A stretch of DNA of 64,000 bases from an uncultured Desulfatitalea sp. (GTDB taxonomy: Bacteria; Desulfobacterota; Desulfobacteria; Desulfobacterales; Desulfosarcinaceae): contig CAXXMB010000001.1 in NCBI GenBank assembly GCA_963668675.2, forward strand, positions 1,120,001 through 1,184,000. The letters run 5' to 3'. A program made the position numbers and the translations under genes. A model generated the notes under the pieces. It was not told the origin of the DNA and did not search any database. It saw only the letters and a program-made list of their open reading frames with translations. Below, in pieces: positions 36,476 through 46,911 of this stretch; position 1 is the first letter of the stretch; each line of letters starts with the position of its first letter.

Positions 36476-37840
36476 TTACTTTCGGCTGGCAACAACCATC
36501 GCTTTACCCATACGGATCAATTGCACCAGCTTGATATGAGCAGGACAAATGTAGGTGCAGCTCCCACACTCAAAGCACGCCATGATGTTATATTGGTGCG
36601 CCAAGGCAAGGTTACCGTGCCGGGAGGCCATGGCCAGTTTGGTTGGTACCAGCTGCATGGGACAGACATCGACGCAACGGCCACAACGCAGGCATGCCGT
36701 TTCATTCTCGCGTCGAATATCGTTATGGGTGAGAATGGTTATCCCGCTCGTGCCTTTTGTCACGGGTGTGCTCAAGTTGGAAAACGAAAATCCCATCATG
36801 GGGCCACCAGCGATGATACGTGCGGCGTCTTTTGTCAACCCACCGCAGTAGTCGATGACCTCCTGCATACTGATGCCGATTGGCACGAGAAGATTTTTGG
36901 GTGTGTGAATGCCTCGCCCGGTTACACTGATTACCTTATGGGTCAAGGGTTTTTCACGAATCACCGCCCGAGCGACGGCCGCGATAGTGGCCACATTGCT
37001 CATGGCCACCCCGACATCCGCCGGAAGTCCCCCCAAAGGAACCTCCAGCCCGAGTACGGCCTTGATCAACTGTTTTTCACTACCCTGAGGGTACTTTGTC
37101 TTCAGAACAGCGATTTTGATGACCGTCCCTTTGGCCTCGGCCTTCAATCGCTCAATCGCCTCAGGTTTGTTGTCCTCAATGCAAATAACGATCTCTCTGG
37201 CCGAGACGGCACGGGCGCCGTGAAGCGATCCGGCAATGATCGCCCTCGGTGCCTCGACCATGAGGCGAAAATCGTTGGTCAGATAAGGTTCACACTCGCA
37301 TCCGTTGATCATGAGAGTGTCGATCATCTTTTTGTCGTCCGGCCGAACCTTGACATGGGTCGGGAAAGCCGCCCCGCCCAGACCAACAATGCCGGCCTCA
37401 TGAACCGCTTTGGTAATGGTGGTCGGGTAGTAGATGGCGGGGCAATCCTTGGGCCATGAACCGCCCAACACATCGTTATAGAGCGCCTCTCCCTCGATTT
37501 GTTCACCGTCAGCCTTGATGGATATAGCTGGCAGATGACGCCCGTTGGGCAGGGTGCAGACACCTATTTTTTCAACCACTCCTGAAACCGGGCTATGCAG
37601 GTTGGCCGATACGAACGCTTCGCCGACACCAATGGTTTCGCCAGCAACAACTTTCTGCTTTGCCTTGACGATCGGTTTGCACGGTGCCCCGATATTCTGC
37701 AACAGCGGCAGCACCACCCTTTTTGGGGTGGGAACGACCTCTATGGCCGCATCGCGTGATAACGTCTTATTTTCAGGGGGATGGATTCCGTGCGAAAAGC
37801 TGCCTTTTCCTGGAAGATCTTTTAACCGTAACAGTCCCAT
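36476..37840 (-). CDS. rnfC: Rnf complex subunit C
   Basis: GIVGLGGAAFPTHVK, NGCECEPYLT, GGPMMG, two 4Fe-4S motifs. Confidence 0.95.
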   Translation of the reverse strand: MGLLRLKDLPGKGSFSHGIHPPENKTLSRDAAIEVVPTPKRVVLPLLQNIGAPCKPIVKAKQKVVAGETIGVGEAFVSANLHSPVSGVVEKIGVCTLPNGRHLPAISIKADGEQIEGEALYNDVLGGSWPKDCPAIYYPTTITKAVHEAGIVGLGGAAFPTHVKVRPDDKKMIDTLMINGCECEPYLTNDFRLMVEAPRAIIAGSLHGARAVSAREIVICIEDNKPEAIERLKAEAKGTVIKIAVLKTKYPQGSEKQLIKAVLGLEVPLGGLPADVGVAMSNVATIAAVARAVIREKPLTHKVISVTGRGIHTPKNLLVPIGISMQEVIDYCGGLTKDAARIIAGGPMMGFSFSNLSTPVTKGTSGITILTHNDIRRENETACLRCGRCVDVCPMQLVPTKLAMASRHGNLALAHQYNIMACFECGSCTYICPAHIKLVQLIRMGKAMVVASRK

Positions 37841-38069
37841 ATGATCACAACTATATCCTCTGAATTCTGTTTGATTTTTTCACCTCAAAAAAAGAGGTTT
37901 AATAGTACAGAAGATAAGGGAGCGTCAAGGCCAATTATGCGAGGGACTGCGTCTGCCCGTGTCTTGGCGGAAGAACGAACACGAGTCGCAGTTCGATCTA
38001 AAAGGCTGGGAATTCTTTGAAACCGCGTGAAGCGGGAGCGCACCACGTTCGGATGCGCCCCAATTTGAA

Positions 38070-38969
38070 TCAGCCCAGCACCCAGACGGTGAGATGCTGC
38101 GCCTGTTGGAAAATTTTATTGCCGACACGACGCGAAATGAACTCCTGATAGATACTGAGCCCACGCCTGCCGATCACGATCGTATCGTAGCTGCCCTGGT
38201 TGGCCTTTTCGACAATGCTGTTGGACAGGTCCTGCGGGGCGTCGATCATCTCAAACGACACCTGATTGAAGGAGAAGCCTGAGTCGACAAGACACTCCTT
38301 GGCCTTGTTGATCATCGGTTCAATCTTCTTTCGCAACTCTTCCTTTTCAGCAGGGGTGCCCTTCCCCTTCGAAACAAGGCAGAAGGAGATCTTGCAATCC
38401 GATGCACCAATTAAGGCACTCATTGACTTCACTGCCCGCATCACCTCTTTGGAGCCGTCAAAAGAGACCAAAATACGATCCTGCTTTAGCGCGCCACCAA
38501 CGATAATCATCGGTATCCCCTGAATTTTCTTCAACAGCTTATTGGGGACGCTGCCGACCAGCATATCTTTGATTTTGCTTTCTCCCTTGCGCCCCATTAC
38601 AACGGCGTCATAGCCCTCGTGAGATTCTCTGAAGATATCGTTAACGATCCCCATGTTTTTGGCCTGGATCTTCTTAGTGACGGCGTCCGGATCAAAGCCT
38701 GCCTCGACCAAAATCTGATGGGCTTTCTCTATCGAAGAGTTGATTCGCTTGTGCTGCTGAGCAATACAGGCCCTGATGTTACCTGCCTTCAACTTGAAAT
38801 CCATGTCTCGTTCCACCTTCCAGAACGAGTTGGACATCTTACTTTCGATGTAAAACAGAACGACTTTGGTAGACTGTGCCGGCATCAGGGTGGCCACATA
38901 TTTGACAGCTTCAAGCGCCAAATCAGACCCATCAAATGCTACGAGTATCTTAAGGCCTTGACTTTCCAT
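38070..38969 (-). CDS. tandem universal stress protein
   Basis: Two USP domains (ILVAFDGS...VMGRKG...GSV; ILVSFDGS...VIGRRG). Confidence 0.9.
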   Translation of the reverse strand: MESQGLKILVAFDGSDLALEAVKYVATLMPAQSTKVVLFYIESKMSNSFWKVERDMDFKLKAGNIRACIAQQHKRINSSIEKAHQILVEAGFDPDAVTKKIQAKNMGIVNDIFRESHEGYDAVVMGRKGESKIKDMLVGSVPNKLLKKIQGIPMIIVGGALKQDRILVSFDGSKEVMRAVKSMSALIGASDCKISFCLVSKGKGTPAEKEELRKKIEPMINKAKECLVDSGFSFNQVSFEMIDAPQDLSNSIVEKANQGSYDTIVIGRRGLSIYQEFISRRVGNKIFQQAQHLTVWVLG

Positions 38970-39136
38970 CCACTCCTCCTTGATCAGATTCGTTCTCGCT
39001 TATACTCAGGATCGCCATCGGATAGTGTGAAGGTATTATAGGGGGATTCGGCCATTATTGACAACAAAAAACGGGCAAAACAGACCGTCTTTGATCTCAT
39101 TTTTTCCGTAGTCGATGAGATTGAAACTTGGACGGA

Positions 39137-40045
39137 TCAATCCTGCCCCTCAATAAAAGAGCGGACAAGCTGGTTCACCCGATCAGGCTGCTCGTGAATA
39201 ACCCAGTGGGAGCCGTCCGGGATACGCTCGATGCGAAGGTGATCTACATAGGACTCCAACCCTTCAAGATTTCCGGGCAACAGCGCTTCGTCCAACTCCC
39301 CCCAAATCACCATCGTCGGCACGTTGACGGAAAACATCTCCCTTGGCGCTGCAACCACTTGCCTGATGACCGCCGTTTCCGCTTCAGTGGTGGGAGGATG
39401 AAGCGGGGAGACACGATAGTAATTCAATCCGCCTGTGAGTGCATCCGGCTTTGACCAGGCGGATATGTAGCGATCCAAATCAGTGTCACTCGGTTTCCAT
39501 CTGGATTGCCCGCCTGTAAGCGCCTCCGATAGATAGCGGAAATTGTCCTGTGACAAAAATGCCTCCGCCTCCGGGGAACGAAACAGGTTCATATACTCAC
39601 TCGCCCTCTTCTGAGCTGGATTGTCCAATAATTCCCTGGCGAAGATGGCCGGATGCGGTGAGTTGATGATAACAAGTTTTTCAACCATTTCCGGATGACG
39701 GTTTGCAAACGCCCAGGCCACTCCTCCACCCCAGTCATGCGCAACCAAAACCATTTTCCGATGCCCCAGATGGCCGACAAGTTCCCGAATGTCCTTGACC
39801 AGCAACTTGACGTGATACCTGTCCGGCGGCAGAGGTTTACCAGAGAGATTGAAGCCCCTCAGATCAGGTGCCACGGCTTGGTATTGGGCGCCAAAATACT
39901 GAAGTTGATTTTCCCATGCGCCCCAGAATTCCGGAAATCCATGCAGAAAGAGAATCAAATTACCCTTCCCACAGGAGACGTAATGAATCTGAATGTCGTC
40001 CAAATCGGCATAGCCCTCGTTGAAAACCACTTGCGGTTCTGACAT
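39137..40045 (-). CDS. alpha/beta hydrolase, epoxide hydrolase-like
   Basis: HGFPE, PDLRG, HDWGG, NYYR, SHW. Confidence 0.88.
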   Translation of the reverse strand: MSEPQVVFNEGYADLDDIQIHYVSCGKGNLILFLHGFPEFWGAWENQLQYFGAQYQAVAPDLRGFNLSGKPLPPDRYHVKLLVKDIRELVGHLGHRKMVLVAHDWGGGVAWAFANRHPEMVEKLVIINSPHPAIFARELLDNPAQKRASEYMNLFRSPEAEAFLSQDNFRYLSEALTGGQSRWKPSDTDLDRYISAWSKPDALTGGLNYYRVSPLHPPTTEAETAVIRQVVAAPREMFSVNVPTMVIWGELDEALLPGNLEGLESYVDHLRIERIPDGSHWVIHEQPDRVNQLVRSFIEGQD

Positions 40046-40145
40046 CTTGCACTCCTTTGATGCTTGGGGTACTCGCTTAGAGTGAATCGGATCGATGAAC
40101 CTATTTTGTCCGTTTCGAGGCGGATTGGCAACCTCCTTTTTAGTG

Positions 40146-40197
40146 AACGAACGCTCGTTTTTTTAAATTGACAGCAGACCGCTATTGTCGCTACTAT
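40146..40197 (+). promoter_or_regulatory. palindromic operator plus sigma70 promoter
   Basis: AACGA-ACGC-TCGTT palindrome just upstream of TTGACA-N18-TACTAT. Confidence 0.5.
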
Positions 40198-40271
40198 AGG
40201 AGTGTTTCCGAACATTAATGGTCAGAGAAGGCATCGCCAAAGCTTAACGCAAATGTGATAAAGGAGAAATT

Positions 40272-42206
40272 ATGGGCGAACTGAGCGCTTTATTGTCACC
40301 GTTTACAATCAAGAACATGACCATCCCTAACCGTGCCGTGTTGCCGCCCATGGGGACCGGGCTCTCCAATCCGGGGGGCACTGTGGGCGATGCCCTGCTG
40401 GCCTATATGAAACGCCAGGCAAGCGGCGGTGTCGGGCTGCTGATCTCCGAAATAACGGCGGTCCACCCCAGTGGCTTGGTATCCAAGCATCATGTCGGCG
40501 CCTTTGACGACAAATTTCTTCCAGGTCTAAAGCAGCTGGCCGACGTGATGCATTCGGGTGGCGGTAAGGCGGCTATGCAGCTGCACCATGCCGGCCGGGA
40601 GAGCATGTACATGCTGAAAAAGGGCATGGCCATAGGGCCATCCAAACTGCCCAGTCTGATCTACGGACAGCCCCCCAAGGAGATGACCGTCGAAGATATT
40701 CACGAGATTATCGATGCCTACGGGACGGCCGCTGCCCGTGCGCGAGCCGCCGGCTTCGATGCGGTGGAGATCCATGGCGCCCATGGCTATCTGATCACAC
40801 AATTCCTTTCGTCCATCTCCAACCAGAGAACGGATGAATATGGCGGTTCTTTTAAAAAGCGCGCACAATTTCTCATCGAGGTGGTTCGCTCGGTCAGAAA
40901 ACATGTCGGCGACGATTTTCCCATACTGCTGAGAATTTCAGCTGAGGAGTTTATCAAAAATGGCTATAAGGTGGAAGATGTTCTGACGATTCTTCCCGAA
41001 CTGATCGAGAGCGGCGTCGATACAATGCATGCATCTGTAGGCACCCACGGCAGCCCGGCCGGCATCACCAGCGCGCCACCCGAATTTGAAGTCGGCTTTA
41101 ATGTCTGGCGGGCGGACAAAATCAAAAAGGCCGGCAGTGTCCCGGTCATCGCAGTGGGTCGATTCAACGATCCCCGTGCAGCCGATGCGGTAATCGCCCG
41201 GGGCGAGGCCGATATGGTCGCCTTCGGCCGTCAGGCTCTCTGCGACCCCGACTACCTGCTGAAGGCCAGGGAGGGCCGCTACGACGATATCCGACTCTGT
41301 ATTGCCTGCAACCAGGGGTGTATTGAGAGGGAGATGTTCGAAGGCAAATCGGTTCGCTGCGCCATCAACCCGGAAACCGGCATGGAACTGGCCAGACCGG
41401 AAGGTCCCGCAGCATCTCCGCGCAACGTGTGGATCATCGGAGCAGGACCGGCAGGCCTGACCGCTGCATATGAGGCCAAACGCCTCGGCCACGAGGTCTC
41501 CCTTTTCGAAAAAGAGGATGATACTGGCGGAAACATACTTTTTGCATGCAAAGCCCCCCACAAAGAGATCTATCTCGACTGGATTCGATTCCTGGCAAAA
41601 CAGGTGAAAGAGGCTGGCGTCGCCATTCAAACCGGCACAGAGGTCACCGAAGCAATGATCGACGAAGGCACCCCGGATGCTGTCATACTGGCCATAGGCG
41701 GAGAGAAGATCATCCCGCCCATCGAAGGCGCCGACCTGCCCCATGTCTTCGATGCATGGCAAATCCTGGGCGAATCGATACAGACCGGCAGAAACGTCCT
41801 GGTCATCGGTGGCGGCCTTATCGGCATGGAGACCGCATGTTTCGCCGCCGCCAAAGGAAGCGACGTAACCCTGATCGAACAACTCTCCGCTTCCCCGGTC
41901 CCCCGATACACCTCCCACGGATACAGCCTGCATAAATACCTTCGACAGGCTGGCGCCCTGCTTCGTTTCGGATGCTCCCTCAAATCGATAAGGGAGAACG
42001 AGGTGGTGGTGCAGTGCGGCGAATCGGAAGAGGTGCTTTCAGGATTCGACCAGGTTGTGATGGCGGTGGGCATGACCTCCCGCAACCAACTCAAAGAGTA
42101 CTTGAAGCAGAAGGATATCCGGCATACGGTGATCGGAGATGCTCTGAAGGTCAGGCGGATCATGGAGGCAACCGAGGAGGGCGCCAAAGCCGCCTGGGAA
42201 CTGTAG
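40272..42206 (+). CDS. NADH:flavin oxidoreductase (OYE barrel + 4Fe-4S + FAD; enoate reductase/BaiH-like)
   Basis: EIHGAHGYL, NQRTDEYGG, CIACNQGC, GAGPAG, GGGLIG. Confidence 0.9.
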   Translation: MGELSALLSPFTIKNMTIPNRAVLPPMGTGLSNPGGTVGDALLAYMKRQASGGVGLLISEITAVHPSGLVSKHHVGAFDDKFLPGLKQLADVMHSGGGKAAMQLHHAGRESMYMLKKGMAIGPSKLPSLIYGQPPKEMTVEDIHEIIDAYGTAAARARAAGFDAVEIHGAHGYLITQFLSSISNQRTDEYGGSFKKRAQFLIEVVRSVRKHVGDDFPILLRISAEEFIKNGYKVEDVLTILPELIESGVDTMHASVGTHGSPAGITSAPPEFEVGFNVWRADKIKKAGSVPVIAVGRFNDPRAADAVIARGEADMVAFGRQALCDPDYLLKAREGRYDDIRLCIACNQGCIEREMFEGKSVRCAINPETGMELARPEGPAASPRNVWIIGAGPAGLTAAYEAKRLGHEVSLFEKEDDTGGNILFACKAPHKEIYLDWIRFLAKQVKEAGVAIQTGTEVTEAMIDEGTPDAVILAIGGEKIIPPIEGADLPHVFDAWQILGESIQTGRNVLVIGGGLIGMETACFAAAKGSDVTLIEQLSASPVPRYTSHGYSLHKYLRQAGALLRFGCSLKSIRENEVVVQCGESEEVLSGFDQVVMAVGMTSRNQLKEYLKQKDIRHTVIGDALKVRRIMEATEEGAKAAWEL

Positions 42207-42229
42207 AACATCGTAACTGTATAGCAACC

Positions 42230-42266
42230 TCTGCCACAGGCATGACGGATCCATGCCTGTGGCAGA
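42230..42266. repeat. perfect 15-bp inverted repeat
   Basis: TCTGCCACAGGCATG-N7-CATGCCTGTGGCAGA. Confidence 0.8.
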
Positions 42267-42284
42267 AACCATGGGTCTTCCTAA

Positions 42285-43094
42285 ATGGTATTCTCAGCAC
42301 GGATCAAACCGACCTCGGATGAATCGCCTGAAGGCATCTACTTCCTTTTCGCTGGAGGGCGACTGCTGATCAAAAGAGAAGAGAATGACATCTCCATTCC
42401 TGTCTACAACGATATCGATGCAAGCGGCATCACCGTTTTAAATCGGCAGTATTTCGGCGATCTGGATGGTAACCCGTGCTATGCGGGTGAAGTGGAAAGA
42501 GGCGTTGAAGCCTCCGAAAAACTGGAGCTGGAGGACTTACGGACCCTGCTCACAAGGCTCGATGAGGAGGTGGTCTGGATAGCCGGCCGCGCAAAGCAAT
42601 TGGCCCATTGGAACAAAACACACCAATTTTGCGGCGCCTGCGGGCGAGCCACCGTGGACAAAGCCGGTGAACGGGCCAAGATGTGCCCCCACTGTAACAT
42701 CACCAACTACCCGCGCCTCTCTCCTGCAGTCATTGTTGCCGTTGTTCGCGATAACGAGATCCTTCTGGCCCGCAACCAACGATACAAAATCCCTATCTAT
42801 AGTGTCCTGGCGGGTTTCGTAGAACCAGGTGAAACCCTCGAGGACTGCATCCATAGGGAGATAAAGGAGGAGGTCGGCCTCTCAGTAGATAATATCCGCT
42901 ATTTCGGCAGTCAACCGTGGCCGTTCCCCGATTCGTTGATGATTGCCTTTACGGCCGAATACAGCAGCGGTGAGATTGAAGTAGATCTTTCGGAGCTGAT
43001 AGAAGCCAGGTGGTTTACAAAAAAGAACCTGCCCCGGGTTCCTGTCAACATCAGCATCGCAGGCAAGTTGATCGATTGGTTTTGCAGAAGGTGA
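42285..43094 (+). CDS. nudC: NAD(H) diphosphatase
   Basis: FCGACG...CPHC zinc ribbon, YPRLSPAVI, Nudix box AGFVEPGE...REIKEEVG, SQPWPFP. Confidence 0.93.
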   Translation: MVFSARIKPTSDESPEGIYFLFAGGRLLIKREENDISIPVYNDIDASGITVLNRQYFGDLDGNPCYAGEVERGVEASEKLELEDLRTLLTRLDEEVVWIAGRAKQLAHWNKTHQFCGACGRATVDKAGERAKMCPHCNITNYPRLSPAVIVAVVRDNEILLARNQRYKIPIYSVLAGFVEPGETLEDCIHREIKEEVGLSVDNIRYFGSQPWPFPDSLMIAFTAEYSSGEIEVDLSELIEARWFTKKNLPRVPVNISIAGKLIDWFCRR

Positions 43095-43155
43095 AAACCG
43101 GGTCGCAATTCAGGGCGTCCCTTCGGTGCCACCCGTTTTCAGGTATGCGTATGCG

Positions 43156-44136
43156 CTAGGAAGTTGCTACTTCGTGAATGACAGTCCTCAGGATGGCCAT
43201 CTGATTGATGGTGGCGCTCCCAAATTCGATGCCGAGCCCGTTTGAATCTCTGCGGACGATCACACCACCAATCTGACACCCCTTATCCAGACTGTGGCTG
43301 AAGAAAGAGACGGTGATCTTTTTTCCTACGGAAAAGGGGCCTTTGGTTTCAAGGTAGACACCACTCAGGCTGATATTGCTGATCTTCCCCTGATGGGTCC
43401 ACTCATCATAGATAAAAGAGATCTCCAACGAGCACTTGAACCGTTTGTATCTTCTCTTCTCGTTTTTTTTCTCGGGCGTTTCGTCTTTCATACGCCCACT
43501 TTCAAGCAACAGGCTCATCAATGGAACGTTTATGTTTCTCTCGCGGTCCGGCAATTGGTAGTCAACGACAATCAGCGGATTCTCCATCGTCAGGATGGCA
43601 AAAGCCCCTTCCTTGCCAGTGAGATCATCTATTTCGGCATCGATGAGATCACCCGAGTGGCAATATAAACAGCCGCGCTTTCCTTCCGATGAGACAACAA
43701 TAGTACATGTCTTGTCTTCCAGTTCGATCATCTGCAGAAAAGCAGCGATGCTGATGCCGCGCAACTGCCCGCCACTGTCGATATCGAACTCGGCCATGAT
43801 CATCTCGAGCAGCAAGTTGACATCGACCGGCAACTCGAACTGAATTTTGTATTCGAAGGCCTTCACGAGTTTGGCAAGCTTGGACTTACGCTCGGCCAGA
43901 ACGATGAATTTCGTCTCTTTGTACTGCCGCAGTTGGTGATCAAGCAGATCCATCTCCTTTGCCGTCATTTTGGTCCCGGCGATCACGATGTCTGTTTTGA
44001 CCAACTGCAGCAGATCAATGGCCTCCACAACCGAACCGGCCGCTACGACCTTGAAAAAGTCGCCCGGTCCACTGAGCAGCTTGATGAAATTTTCACGAAC
44101 GTATGGCCGCTCTTCTATATACAAAACCGTTTTCAT
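43156..44136 (-). CDS. pseudo-receiver + DUF4388/PATAN-like + PilZ protein
   Basis: REC-like N-terminus without the acceptor Asp; FLQMIELEDKTCTI...G.LIDAE; EKRRYKR and NISLSG. Confidence 0.8.
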   Translation of the reverse strand: MKTVLYIEERPYVRENFIKLLSGPGDFFKVVAAGSVVEAIDLLQLVKTDIVIAGTKMTAKEMDLLDHQLRQYKETKFIVLAERKSKLAKLVKAFEYKIQFELPVDVNLLLEMIMAEFDIDSGGQLRGISIAAFLQMIELEDKTCTIVVSSEGKRGCLYCHSGDLIDAEIDDLTGKEGAFAILTMENPLIVVDYQLPDRERNINVPLMSLLLESGRMKDETPEKKNEKRRYKRFKCSLEISFIYDEWTHQGKISNISLSGVYLETKGPFSVGKKITVSFFSHSLDKGCQIGGVIVRRDSNGLGIEFGSATINQMAILRTVIHEVATS

Positions 44137-44334
44137 TTTTGTTATCGCTCCGACCTCACACGATCACACCGTCCATGCGCCCCAACCGGCATGAAAAAAC
44201 TCATTAACACCCATTCGGTTAGGTTTCAAGGTATTGGAATTTCTATAAATGTTAACGAAATAAATCAAAGCCGTGCGGCAAGAATACCGTCACGGCCTTG
44301 CTTGCATTGGTTGCTCGGATTCGAGTTGCCGGGG

Positions 44335-46338
44335 TTACACCTCCTGGCCTGCCCGGAAGCCCTGGTGAATGGCGTCTATCGCCTGAGCCACCTGGCGGGC
44401 GTCACCAACGGTCATACACGTAATTCCCTTCTTCTCGACGATATTGGTCAATACGTTTTGGGACGTTGAACCGATGGCCAGCACCACGGTGTCAGCCGGC
44501 ACGAACTGGTTGCCTTCGGGGCCTTCGATCTGAATCCCCTCCTGGGTGATTTCAACGGCCTTGGTCACGGTCAATTTTTTGAGTCCGGTTCGATCCATCT
44601 CCTGGAACATGCACCATTTGGTTGATTTGCCGATATCCTTGCCGATTTTATCCAGCATCTCTATCAGCAGAATCTCCTTGGTGCCTTTGACTGCCAGTTC
44701 GTAAAGCGTTTCGGGATCTTCGGCGCGGTTGACCAGCAGGAATTTAACCGCATCGCCGGAGAGGGTTCCCTTTTCGGCCAGGAACAAGGCGGTTTCAACA
44801 CCAACGGCACCACCACCGACAACGACCACCCGGCGGCCGACATGCACTTTGTTCTGAAGCACATCCCACGCCTGGACCACATTGGGCAGTTCGGCACCTG
44901 GAATGGCGGGTTGAATCGGTTCCGCCCCGGTCGCCACGATAACAGCGTCCGGCTTTTCCGTATCGATAAGCGCCTCGTCGACCGCCTGCTTGAGGCAGAC
45001 CGTAACCGGACTGACGGCCACCTGTTTGGCGAGATCTTCGGCCAAGGCGGCAAATTCATCCCTTCCCGGAGGTGCTGCAGCCAGGTAGAGTTGACCTCCC
45101 AAACGATCGCTGCGTTCGTAAAGGGTGACCTGGTGCCCACGCTCTGCAGCCGCCACAGCGGCACTCATGCCAGCGGCACCACCACCGACGACCATCACCT
45201 TGCGCTGCACCTCTGCGGGCACGGCACGCGTCTCTTTCTCTCTTCCGGCCCTGGGATTGCAGAGGCATTCGACCGATTTAAGCTTGAAGAGGTTGTCGAA
45301 GCAACCCTGGGCACAAGCGATGCAGTGCACGATCTGATCGTCTTTTCCCGTTCGCGCCTTTTCCGGGAGATATGGATCTGCAATCAAGCTGCGTCCCATG
45401 GCCACCATGTCGCACATACCGTCACCAATCACATCCCTGGCCGTGTAGGGGTCGTTGATGCGATGGCTGGCGATAACCGGTACCGACACCTTCTCTTTGA
45501 TACCACGGGAGAGATAGGCGAACACCCCCCTCGGTACAGCGGTAATGATCTGCGGCACCCGCGCCTCATGCCAGCCGACATTGATGCAGAGGGCATCGAC
45601 GCCAGCCTGCTCAACGAGCGCCTGGGCATACGCCTGCAGTTCCAGCCTTCCCTGCCCGCCGGGCATAAAATCGTTGCCGTTCATACGGACGATCACGGGA
45701 TAGCTCTCCCCGACAGCGTGCCGTATGGCCTGCATCACTTCGATGCCGAAACGCATGCGATTTTCGAGATCACCGCCATATCGATCCTCGCGCGTGTTGG
45801 TAAGCGGGGAGAGAAATTCACTGATCAGATAACCGGTTCCGCTCAGAATCTCCACTGCGTCAAACCCGGCTTTCTTCACTCGTAGCGCAGCTTGGGCGAA
45901 ATGGTCGATCACCTCCGCAATCTCATCAATGGTCAAGGCCCGGGGTGTCTCCCGGGTCATGCGGGAGGCGATGGCCGAAGGGGCCACCGGCTGCTTTCCG
46001 TCGAGAAAGAAGGATGAATTGTATCGTCCGGCATGATTGATCTGAACGGCCGATCGGGCGCCGTTTTCATTGATGGCCGAGGCAAGCTTTGCCAAGCCTG
46101 GAATAAACTCGTCTTTGTGGGCCCCAATGTTCTGAGTATTGCCGGACAGTTCATCCACTGTTGCATAGCCAACGACGATCATCCCTGCGCCGCCCCTGGC
46201 CCGCTCGGCATAAAACTCCACCAGTTGATCCGTTACCTCGAAATTCACCGCCATGTTCATATGCATGGCCGGCATGTAGATTCTGTTTTTAATCTCGACT
46301 TGATTGATGACGATCGGCTCAAATAATGGATCCCGCAT
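44335..46338 (-). CDS. fadH: 2,4-dienoyl-CoA reductase (FadH-like)
   Basis: GYLISEFLS, GWHEARVP (FadH-type), CIACAQGC, two dinucleotide-binding motifs. Confidence 0.8.
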   Translation of the reverse strand: MRDPLFEPIVINQVEIKNRIYMPAMHMNMAVNFEVTDQLVEFYAERARGGAGMIVVGYATVDELSGNTQNIGAHKDEFIPGLAKLASAINENGARSAVQINHAGRYNSSFFLDGKQPVAPSAIASRMTRETPRALTIDEIAEVIDHFAQAALRVKKAGFDAVEILSGTGYLISEFLSPLTNTREDRYGGDLENRMRFGIEVMQAIRHAVGESYPVIVRMNGNDFMPGGQGRLELQAYAQALVEQAGVDALCINVGWHEARVPQIITAVPRGVFAYLSRGIKEKVSVPVIASHRINDPYTARDVIGDGMCDMVAMGRSLIADPYLPEKARTGKDDQIVHCIACAQGCFDNLFKLKSVECLCNPRAGREKETRAVPAEVQRKVMVVGGGAAGMSAAVAAAERGHQVTLYERSDRLGGQLYLAAAPPGRDEFAALAEDLAKQVAVSPVTVCLKQAVDEALIDTEKPDAVIVATGAEPIQPAIPGAELPNVVQAWDVLQNKVHVGRRVVVVGGGAVGVETALFLAEKGTLSGDAVKFLLVNRAEDPETLYELAVKGTKEILLIEMLDKIGKDIGKSTKWCMFQEMDRTGLKKLTVTKAVEITQEGIQIEGPEGNQFVPADTVVLAIGSTSQNVLTNIVEKKGITCMTVGDARQVAQAIDAIHQGFRAGQEV

Positions 46339-46408
46339 TTGCCCCCCTTTTCTGGTGATGAATGCATTACCGGTAGTTTTTGGCTCAATTTAGTTAGTAT
46401 ACAAAACG

Positions 46409-46843
46409 TTAGGTCGGTGGTAGAAAATCCCTTAAAAGTCTTTTGAGAATGATCTTCTCCTCTGTGCTGAAGCCTGATAAAATAGACGTATTGGCCAAAT
46501 CCCTCATTCGAATCAGTTCGGCAGATTTGGTTTTTGTTTTCGGTGCGAGATAGATCCGCAAGATGCGCTTGTCGTTGGAATCGACCTGCTTTTCAATCCA
46601 TCCCCCCTCGGCGAGACGGTCGAGGACGCCTGAAACCGTTGCGTTGTCCAAAACGAGCCTCCTACCGATATCGCCTGCAGTCAACCCGTCCTCTTCCATG
46701 AGTACCTCGAGGATAAGTGCCTGAACAGAAGTCAACCCGTAGGGCTTCAACCTCAGTTTGAGGTCATTCTGGGATTTCTGGTAGGCCTTGGCCAGCAGAA
46801 ATACGATACAGTCTGCGTAACTCATTCTCGATTTCCTTTGCAT
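46409..46843 (-). CDS. MarR family transcriptional regulator
   Basis: GLTSVQ, LDNATVSGVLDRL...GWI, DKR. Confidence 0.9.
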   Translation of the reverse strand: MQRKSRMSYADCIVFLLAKAYQKSQNDLKLRLKPYGLTSVQALILEVLMEEDGLTAGDIGRRLVLDNATVSGVLDRLAEGGWIEKQVDSNDKRILRIYLAPKTKTKSAELIRMRDLANTSILSGFSTEEKIILKRLLRDFLPPT

Positions 46844-46911
46844 GCAAAATAATTAAAAACCCGAGAGGGTGTCAAGCAATTTTACGATGTCAATAAGGAG
46901 GATGACGCTTT

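Noticed and set aside
37868..37886. Rex-like operator upstream of rnfC (TTTGATTTTTTCAC)
   Set aside because: Half-site spacing is one base short of GTGAA-N4-TTCAC and the left arm is poor
32133..46338. Selenocysteine (TGA) readthrough in the redox genes
   Set aside because: Rnf and OYE proteins look full length with Cys at the motif positions; no truncated redox ORF was noticed
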